DNA from: Minisyncoccota bacterium
GTDB lineage: Bacteria; Patescibacteriota; Minisyncoccia; Phycocordibacterales; UBA9973
Assembly (NCBI GenBank): GCA_041659785.1
Contig: JBAZXO010000001.1
Location: 86,941-150,940, forward strand
Reading direction: 5' to 3'
Length of the DNA stretch: 64,000 nucleotides
Shown here: positions 58,069-64,000 of the stretch, piece after piece
Numbering within the stretch: position 1 is the stretch's first letter
How the letters are laid out: each line of letters opens with the position of its first letter
Program-made: the position numbers and the translations under genes
Notes under the pieces: model-generated
Databases searched by the model: none
What the model was told of the DNA's origin: nothing
What the model saw: the letters and a program-made list of their open reading frames with translations, nothing else

Positions 58069-58520
58069 ACCTATTTTGATTATGAGTTATTAACATTTAG
58101 TATTGCATTTTTTTACAAATATTTTTATACTGAGATAGTGAAAAACATGATTACAAATTTCCAAAACCGACGTAGAACAATCTCAAAATTTGAGGTTGTT
58201 TAGAGTGTTTGTAATTTTTCCTAAAATATTAAAACGAACTTTCAAAAACGGCCTCAATCAAGGGGTCGTTTTTGTTCTTCATAAAGCATTTAGTTGATTT
58301 GGAAGCTCGCTTCTGAAACGAAGCAAAGAGTGTTGAAAATCGATTGCTATACCCCCGCATCGGGTGACAAATTCTTGTGACAGAAGAATGGTGCGCTGGG
58401 AACTCTGTGGCAACACAGTAGCTTTAACGGGATTGCCAATCCCATCGATACACTCTGAGCCATAGTCAGCTGAAATGCAAAAGAAAGGAGGCGCATCGGC
58501 CGCAAGCATAGCCGCATCAC

Positions 58521-58556
58521 AAAAGGGTTACGTTTAACGTAACCCTTTTCTTAATT
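58521..58556. terminator. perfect hairpin GGGTTACG-tttaa-CGTAACCC flanked by AAAA/TTTT (bidirectional terminator)
   Basis: 8-bp perfect stem with A- and T-runs on either side. It lies downstream of the yafQ-like toxin gene. Confidence 0.5.
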
Positions 58557-58582
58557 TTCCCTGAACGAGAATTATTCTGATA

Positions 58583-58864
58583 CTAAAACAACTGCGAGTG
58601 AGAGCCAATATCAACTAATATTAGAATTAAATTTTCTTTTTCTATTTTATAAATTAGAAGTAAATCCCCTTGGATATAACATTCTCGACAATCAGAGAAT
58701 TCTCCACTTAATTTGTGATCTTTATATATAAGTGGCAAATTCTTACCAATTGCAAGATAGTCTATAACAAACCCCAAATCTTTTAAAACAGATTTTTTCG
58801 CTCCAGAATTTCTAATCTTTTTAAAAGACTTTTCAAAAGATTTTGTCTTTTTTATCAAATACAT
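58583..58864 (-). CDS. yafQ: YafQ/RelE-family type II toxin (mRNA interferase)
   Basis: DH.L.G....RECYIQGDLLLIYKIEKENLILILVDIGSHSQLF matches the YafQ C-terminal signature. Confidence 0.75.
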   Translation of the reverse strand: MYLIKKTKSFEKSFKKIRNSGAKKSVLKDLGFVIDYLAIGKNLPLIYKDHKLSGEFSDCRECYIQGDLLLIYKIEKENLILILVDIGSHSQLF

Positions 58865-58865
58865 T

Positions 58866-59120
58866 TTATTTTAAATCTGCAAAAAGCTCTTTAGAATTTT
58901 TATATGATTTCCCGTATTTTAAAGCGTAGGCAATTTCTTTATCCCATTTTGCTTTTATAGAAGCAAGATTTTTTGTGGGAGTAAAAGGTAAACCATTTTC
59001 AGTAATAACTTGGTTTAAAAACATTTTAACAGCAGTAGACATATCAATGCCAAGAGAAGACAAAGTCTTATTTGCCTTATTTTTTATATTTTCTTCAATT
59101 CTTATATTTAATGTGGTCAT
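58866..59120 (-). CDS. dinJ: DinJ/RelB-family antitoxin
   Basis: MTTLNIRIEENIKNKANKTLSSLGIDMSTAVKMFLNQV matches DinJ (ribbon-helix-helix). The start is at the internal Met, so the upstream palindrome is an operator. There is a 1-nt gap to the toxin gene. Confidence 0.7.
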   Translation of the reverse strand: MTTLNIRIEENIKNKANKTLSSLGIDMSTAVKMFLNQVITENGLPFTPTKNLASIKAKWDKEIAYALKYGKSYKNSKELFADLK

Positions 59121-59149
59121 ATTGCTAGTATATACAATGTACATACATT
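59121..59149 (-). promoter_or_regulatory. dinJ-yafQ promoter with embedded palindromic operator (ACAATGT-acat-ACATTGT), probably a leaderless transcript
   Basis: On the minus strand: TTGACA, 16 nt, TATACT, 5 nt, then the ATG. The 7-bp inverted repeat at 59126-59143 sits inside the spacer. Confidence 0.4.
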
Positions 59150-59254
59150 GTCAATACAGTTATTCACAAGTTTAAAGAGCGAAAAATAGGAATCATGCCA
59201 AAAAAATACCCCTTCCTTTCGGTTGGGGCACGCATTAAGCATATATTAGATATT

Positions 59255-59566
59255 TTAGTTAGGATTTTTGAGAATATCAATCCAACCCTTGCGGTCAGAT
59301 GTTCTAAACCATCCTTTTACTTTTAAATCCAGGTTAATGGGATTATTTTTTTTAATAAATCCTTCAAAAAGCCAACTTTCCCCAGAGCCATCTTCCCATT
59401 TAAGGCTGTTGATGCCAACCTCGATATCACATGTACCACCTGGAAAATCCGGCCCATACACAGTAAAGGTCACCGTACGGTGACATCCCTTTTCAACCTT
59501 ACTAAAAAATGCAACTGCAAGATCCCACTTTGATGGAGCATTGAGGATTGAATTCATGCGTGTCAT
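59255..59566 (-). CDS. hypothetical protein
   Basis: 103-aa ORF. No motif recognised. Confidence 0.35.
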   Translation of the reverse strand: MTRMNSILNAPSKWDLAVAFFSKVEKGCHRTVTFTVYGPDFPGGTCDIEVGINSLKWEDGSGESWLFEGFIKKNNPINLDLKVKGWFRTSDRKGWIDILKNPN

Positions 59567-59712
59567 ACGACACCTCTTTAAAAGAACTTCTATGCATTAG
59601 ATGAGGAATGCATACAACCCCCTTATTTCCCATTTTTAATTGGGAAACGACTTAGCTATACAGCTAAGAATCTAAATATATTATACACTCATATTGAGTT
59701 TTCGTCAATTTG

Positions 59713-59784
59713 TGAGCGTGGATGGGATCGAACCATCGACCTCTGTCTTATCAGGACAGCGTTCTACCACTGAACTACACGCTC
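59713..59784 (-). tRNA. tRNA-Ile (anticodon GAT)
   Basis: Reverse complement folds as acceptor GAGCGTG/CACGCTC, D-arm GTTC AGTGGTA GAAC, anticodon stem CTGTC/GACAG with loop CTGATAA, and T-arm GATGG TTCGATC CCATC. Confidence 0.85.
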
Positions 59785-59884
59785 AAACAAAATTAAAGGA
59801 CACTGAAAGCCGACGTTTCAGTCGGCTCCCCGACCACATGCGTCGGGGCTACACGCCCAAAACATTAATAAATATAACACAAAT

Positions 59885-59912
59885 AAAACAAAAAACCACC
59901 TTTCGGCGGTTT
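59885..59912 (-). terminator. terminator for the RNA-binding protein gene (ACCGCC-GAAA-GGUGGU hairpin + U-run on minus strand)
   Basis: Hairpin with a GNRA loop followed by a U-run, 50 nt downstream of the stop at 59960. Confidence 0.5.
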
Positions 59913-59959
59913 TTTGTTTTTTGAGAAGTTAATTAAAACCCACGCCGAAGCGGGGCAAG

Positions 59960-60277
59960 TTAGTATTCTCGGCGTCCTCCTCCACTGTATCCACCTCGGT
60001 CATTTCCGCCAGTTCTTGGTGGGCGAGCTTCCATAGGGCGAGCTTCGTTGACAGTAAGCTTACGTCCTTCAAAATCTTGATCATTAAACATAGAAATAGC
60101 TTTTGAAGCTTCATCTTGTGATGACATTTCTACGAATCCAAAACCTTTTGAACGACCAGACATTTTGTCCATGATAATCACAGCAGAAACAACGTTTCCA
60201 GCTTGTGCGAAGAGCTCTTTAAGAGCATCCTCTTGTGTACTGTAAGGTAATCCCCCTACATATAGCTTTGTAGCCAT
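59960..60277 (-). CDS. RRM-type RNA-binding protein with Gly/Arg-rich tail
   Basis: RNP2 LYVGGL, RNP1 KGFGFVEM, and a C-terminal RGG/GGYSGGG tail. Confidence 0.8.
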   Translation of the reverse strand: MATKLYVGGLPYSTQEDALKELFAQAGNVVSAVIIMDKMSGRSKGFGFVEMSSQDEASKAISMFNDQDFEGRKLTVNEARPMEARPPRTGGNDRGGYSGGGRREY

Positions 60278-60397
60278 AACTTATTCTTCTTCCTTTTTTA
60301 ATAAAAAGGACAAAAAACTATTTATAAACGTAGAAACTCTATTTCGCTAAATGAGACCTACAAATAAAAGTATACCATACGAAAAATAAAAGACAAA

Positions 60398-61393
60398 TTA
60401 TTCTTCATCTTCATCTTCCGCCCCTGAATTGGCGGACAAGCCCACTACTCCAGAATCCAAATCTTTTATTATTTCTTCTATTCCTCCTTCTAAAATTTTA
60501 GGTAGATTATGCCAAGACTTTTTGATGCGATGATCTGTCACACGGTCTTGAGAAAAGTTGTAAGTACGAATTTTCTCAGAACGGTCACCAGTACCTATCT
60601 GATTCTTTCTCTCACCAGCATATTTACTTGCTTCTTTTTCTTCTTCAAGCTGTTGTAGTTTCGCGGTCAAAATCATCATCGCTTGTTCACGGTTTGCGAG
60701 CTGACTTCTTTCATTTGTAGAACGCACATCGAGCCCTGTAGGCTTGTGAATTATGCGCACAGCAGTCTCAACCTTGTTCACATTTTGTCCGCCCTTACCA
60801 CCAGAACGAGAATACTCCATTTCGAAGTCAGCTGGGTTTATTATAAAAGTTATTTTCTTCTTAATTGGAAGCACTGCTACAGATGCCGTAGATGTATGCA
60901 CTCGGCCATTCTTCTCAGTTGCGGGAATTCTCTGCACTCGGTGCACGCCTGTCTCATAACGCATTTTCTTATAAACATCCTTACCCTTTATCTCAAAGCT
61001 CGCCTCTTTGTAACCATTAAGGTCACTCTTATTTTCATAATTTACTTTCCACTGCCAGTGTTGCATCTCAGCAAACTTCTCATACATATGAGCGAGCTCC
61101 CAAGCGAAAAGCGAAGCTTCGTCTCCGCCAGCTCCTGCACGCACCTCGAGAACTATTTCATTAGGAAATTCTTCAGCCTCTTTATCTTTATCTAAAATTT
61201 CTTGTACCTGTTTCTCTATTCTCTCTCTTTCTTCTTGAATAAATTTTAGTTCTTTAGCTGCCATCTCATGGAGAGAGTCATCGCTCGCAAGCATCTCGCG
61301 AACTTCTGCTTCTTCACGAAAAAGTTTCTCCAAAATACTCGCCAAGTAGCTCGTATTGTGATTCTTTTTAAGTTCTTCTATGTCTAGGCTCAT
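60398..61393 (-). CDS. prfA: peptide chain release factor 1
   Basis: GGQ motif (SGGKGGQNVNK) and RF1-type PAT tripeptide (RIPATEKNGRVHTS). Confidence 0.9.
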   Translation of the reverse strand: MSLDIEELKKNHNTSYLASILEKLFREEAEVREMLASDDSLHEMAAKELKFIQEERERIEKQVQEILDKDKEAEEFPNEIVLEVRAGAGGDEASLFAWELAHMYEKFAEMQHWQWKVNYENKSDLNGYKEASFEIKGKDVYKKMRYETGVHRVQRIPATEKNGRVHTSTASVAVLPIKKKITFIINPADFEMEYSRSGGKGGQNVNKVETAVRIIHKPTGLDVRSTNERSQLANREQAMMILTAKLQQLEEEKEASKYAGERKNQIGTGDRSEKIRTYNFSQDRVTDHRIKKSWHNLPKILEGGIEEIIKDLDSGVVGLSANSGAEDEDEE

Positions 61394-61425
61394 GTTATTA
61401 AAAAATAAAGTTATATAATTTTTTT

Positions 61426-61466
61426 GAATGGTCTGGCTGGGATAGGGACCCAGAGATCCGAGGACC
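61426..61466. repeat. copy 2 (inverted) of the 41-nt GC-rich core element, nested in an AT-rich stem (61410-61425 / 61467-61487)
   Basis: The reverse complement GGTCCTCGGATCTCTGGGTCCCTATCCCAGCCAGACCATTC matches 27086-27126 at 38/41 positions. It lies between rpmE and prfA. Confidence 0.5.
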
Positions 61467-61498
61467 TGAGAAAAAATTGATATAACTCTATTTTTTAG

Positions 61499-61717
61499 TT
61501 ATTTTTTAGCTTTTACGGTTGCAGCTCGGCGCTTGTTGAATCGTTCTACGCGTCCAGCAGTGTCCATAATCTTTTCATTTCCAGTATAGAAAGGGTGACA
61601 ATGGCTACAAATTTCCATCTTTATATCTCCCATTGTTGAGCCAACTTCAAAAACCGCTCCGCAAGCGCAGGTGGCCTTTGTCTTTAAATCATATTTTGGA
61701 TGTATGCCTTTTTTCAT
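61499..61717 (-). CDS. rpmE: 50S ribosomal protein L31
   Basis: MKKGIHPKY start and Cys motifs (C..C...C.HC) with HPFYTG. Confidence 0.9.
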   Translation of the reverse strand: MKKGIHPKYDLKTKATCACGAVFEVGSTMGDIKMEICSHCHPFYTGNEKIMDTAGRVERFNKRRAATVKAKK

Positions 61718-61746
61718 TGCCTAAAAATATTATCACAAATTTAATT

Positions 61747-63099
61747 CTAAAGCAAATCTATATTGTCTTGTATTTTTGCTTTAAAATTCATAACGCTTCT
61801 ACCATAAGAACAAGTGGACCCTCCAGAACCATAATATTTACAAGCAGCCTTCTTTTGAGCGCTAGCACTGTCACCCACGGCTCCCAGATCTGTAAGGTAC
61901 ATAGCAGAAGCCATAAAAGCATCGTGTGGTGACCATGGATTAGCATAATGTCCTAGGATATTTTGTAAACGTGATGCAAACATTTTCCAAGTCGAAGGAA
62001 TAAACTGAGCTGGACCCATGGCTCCACCGTACCCAGCCACACCAGCGATAGGACAAGACACGGCAGTTTGATACGCATTAAAAGCAAGATCATTGGTTAT
62101 TTCTAGAAATGGCTGAACGTCACGTGTGGGCTTCATCACATTTGCAAATGGTGTTCCTGTATTTTTCCCGACACCCGCACCAGTATCTGGATTGGTTAAA
62201 TAACATTGACCGACATTGGCTCCGAGATTACTTTCCTGAGTAAGTATCGCAAGTAAAAATGCTGGATCAATACCTAATTTACTTTTTGCATCATTAGCAT
62301 ATCCAAGAGCGGTACCGAAATCAATTTTCGTAGAAATACCAGCAAGACTGAAGAGTGCGCTACGGATCTTGTCAGCTTGAGCCTTTTTTTGTGCAGCGAG
62401 AGTATTGTAAGCAACTTCTTTTTGTTTAGAGATAGCGAGCAATTGCTTTTTATCAGCCTCCGCTTTTGCAGTACTCCTTTGTGCATTTTCTAACTCTGCT
62501 TTTGCATCAGCTTCAGCATTTTGCTTTTTTTCAAGACTTTGTTTCTCGACTTCAGTCTGAACCTTCACTCCATTAATAATATCTACAGAATTTTTTACAG
62601 CTTGTTTGATTGAATTATAAGATTCTAAATCACTATAAAAATCTGACACGCTATTATTAGAAAGAACAAGGTCTACTAAATTATTATTATCAAATTCATT
62701 AGTATTACGCAGAAGCTGAGCAAGCGAATTATGTTCACGATCTATTTTAGTAGTGAGTGAGTTAATAGTATCAACTTTTTCTCCTATATTTATTTTTAAT
62801 TGAGCGATGGCGAGTGCCCGAGCTTTTATTTTTGCTTTCAGTGCATTGATCTGAGCAGTCAAATAAGCCACGTCCCCTTTCAATGTACCGGTGGCTTTTT
62901 GTTGCTCTTTTTGTTTGTTTATAAGGTCGGCAAGCTCTGCTTCAATTTGAACAAGTTCACTTCGGCAATAATCCTTATCAACCTGACTAGAAGATGTAAC
63001 TAATGTCAGACAGTCAAAAGCAGCATTTGCTGTGAGTACAAATGATGATGAAAAAACTAAACTAAAAATAAAAAAAGTTATGACTATCTTCCTTGTCAT
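61747..63099 (-). CDS. exported coiled-coil protein with C-terminal lytic transglycosylase (SLT/MltB-like) domain
   Basis: Signal peptide, then about 250 aa of Ala/Lys/Gln-rich coiled coil, then LAILTQESNLG and GPAQFIPSTW motifs. Confidence 0.6.
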   Translation of the reverse strand: MTRKIVITFFIFSLVFSSSFVLTANAAFDCLTLVTSSSQVDKDYCRSELVQIEAELADLINKQKEQQKATGTLKGDVAYLTAQINALKAKIKARALAIAQLKINIGEKVDTINSLTTKIDREHNSLAQLLRNTNEFDNNNLVDLVLSNNSVSDFYSDLESYNSIKQAVKNSVDIINGVKVQTEVEKQSLEKKQNAEADAKAELENAQRSTAKAEADKKQLLAISKQKEVAYNTLAAQKKAQADKIRSALFSLAGISTKIDFGTALGYANDAKSKLGIDPAFLLAILTQESNLGANVGQCYLTNPDTGAGVGKNTGTPFANVMKPTRDVQPFLEITNDLAFNAYQTAVSCPIAGVAGYGGAMGPAQFIPSTWKMFASRLQNILGHYANPWSPHDAFMASAMYLTDLGAVGDSASAQKKAACKYYGSGGSTCSYGRSVMNFKAKIQDNIDLL

Positions 63100-63194
63100 A
63101 ACTCTTATTATAGCAGTAAACGAGGAGCATAAACAAATTTATTTGTTTAATGTCCGAGTGCAACTGCTATATGGTAATCCATATATCATATTTT

Positions 63195-63857
63195 TTATTC
63201 TTTTGCGGGGGCTGCTGCTTCAGCTCCGGCTTCACCTTCCTCTTCTTTCTTGCCTTTCTTTTCTACTTCGATAGCAGATAGATCAACAGGTGCTACGACT
63301 TCTTCTTTTTCTTCTACTTGTTCTACAACAGAAACGACAACTTCAGTAGGCTCATTCATTACGACAACTCCAGCTGGAAGTTTAACATCAGAAACGAAGA
63401 CCTGATCATTTAGTGTTTTAAGTTTAGAAATATCAACGACAAGGTTGTGTGGTAAGTCGTTTGGCAGAGCTTCAATTTCGAATTCATGCATAACTTTAAC
63501 GAGGTTTCCAGTTCCAGTCTTAACTGCATCTGATACACCTTCGAATACAAGAGGTACATGGACACGAATTTTCTTTTTCATGTCGATAGCGAGGAAGTCT
63601 ACGTGTGTAGGCTCATCTGTAATAGGGTTTACTTGAACTTCATGGATAAGAACATCGATGTTTCCATCTAGCATTTCAATTTTAACAGCAGAAGACTCTC
63701 CAGCATCTCGCCAAACTTTCTTGAATTCAACTATTGGAACTGAAATAGAAGTTGTTTTCTTACCTGCTCCATAAAAAACAGCAGGGATTTCCCCTTCTTT
63801 TCTTATAGCATCTAATTTCATGCTTTCGTCTCTCTTTTTAGCTTTGATTGTAAACAT
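63195..63857 (-). CDS. rplY: 50S ribosomal protein L25 / general stress protein Ctc
   Basis: L25 N-domain (KAKKRDESMKLDAIRKEGEIPAVFYG), Ctc C-domain and an acidic Ala/Glu tail. Confidence 0.85.
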   Translation of the reverse strand: MFTIKAKKRDESMKLDAIRKEGEIPAVFYGAGKKTTSISVPIVEFKKVWRDAGESSAVKIEMLDGNIDVLIHEVQVNPITDEPTHVDFLAIDMKKKIRVHVPLVFEGVSDAVKTGTGNLVKVMHEFEIEALPNDLPHNLVVDISKLKTLNDQVFVSDVKLPAGVVVMNEPTEVVVSVVEQVEEKEEVVAPVDLSAIEVEKKGKKEEEGEAGAEAAAPAKE

Positions 63858-63864
63858 GAAGATG

Positions 63865-63892
63865 ATTATACATGAAAAATATGTAAATGCAA
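63865..63892 (-). promoter_or_regulatory. putative promoter for rplY (TTGCAT, 16 nt, TATAAT on minus strand) preceded by a 10-bp hairpin CCCTCTCCTT/AAGGAGAGGG at 63917-63939
   Basis: The -10 TATAAT is the complement of 63865-63870 and the -35 TTGCAT is the complement of 63887-63892. Confidence 0.35.
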
Positions 63893-64000
63893 ATTCACCT
63901 CACCCCTTTCTTTCCCCTCTCCTTAATAAGGAGAGGGGCTGGGGAGAGGTTAAACATGGTGACTAGCCTCATGTTCTTCTGCTATATGTGATGCGATATA

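Noticed and set aside
58279-58509. 76-aa minus-strand ORF as a protein-coding gene
   Set aside because: It has no RBS and no recognisable domain, and it lies in a hairpin-dense GC-rich stretch. I kept it as a possible ncRNA or remnant finding rather than a CDS feature.
59694-59924. 76-aa plus-strand ORF
   Set aside because: It is antisense to tRNA-Ile and reads through the hairpin cluster.

Overview
This 64 kb window comes from an AT-rich bacterial genome, roughly 33% GC by eye. Genes are small and tightly packed, with many 1-4 nt overlaps. That gene content and architecture suggest a reduced Patescibacteria/CPR-like organism, though I cannot verify lineage from sequence alone. TGA is seen at predicted stop positions, which is at least compatible with the standard code 11; this was not systematically checked. 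Most of the window is housekeeping. Ribosomal proteins present are L27, L9, L33 (a short gene absent from the ORF track), L31 and L25. Cell-envelope genes are PBP2, an S41 protease, MurA, Alr, Ddl, MreB, an FtsQ-like protein, RseP, a lytic transglycosylase and a GH18 protein. A complete F1Fo ATP synthase operon, atpZ-B-E-F-H-A-G-D-C, runs on the minus strand. Other core genes are topA, dprA, a Rel/SpoT homologue, parB, serS, dnaX, prfA, frr, miaA, rsmI, guaC, a Dus-family enzyme and a PriA-like protein. There are four tRNAs: Gln-TTG, Leu-CAA, Trp-CCA and Ile-GAT. The accessory content is more interesting. (1) Between tRNA-Gln and dnaX sits a co-directional island fic-hsdM-hsdS-[401-aa unknown]-[PIN-like 139 aa]-hsdR. 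This is a Type I restriction-modification system with an uncharacterised two-gene module embedded between hsdS and hsdR, and it is my best candidate for a novel defence or abortive-infection system. (2) Just upstream is a six-gene alkylation-damage operon: a VOC-family protein, Ogt, a GIY-YIG nuclease, a GNAT acetyltransferase, an Atl-like cysteine-less MGMT paralogue and AlkD. (3) A Cu-type P1B ATPase with an atypical TPCPL motif sits with a cupredoxin and a membrane protein. (4) A DinJ-YafQ toxin-antitoxin pair has an operator palindrome inside its promoter. (5) Two GC-elevated orphan gene cassettes have their own promoter and terminators. (6) A 41-nt GC-rich core element, identical at 38 of 41 positions, occurs twice (27086-27126 and 61426-61466) in inverted orientation, each copy inside a different long AT-rich stem. 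(7) A perfect 17-bp GC-rich palindrome lies downstream of mreB. (8) A GC-rich, highly structured non-coding stretch lies at 58270-58560. No CRISPR array, rRNA or obvious transposase was seen.
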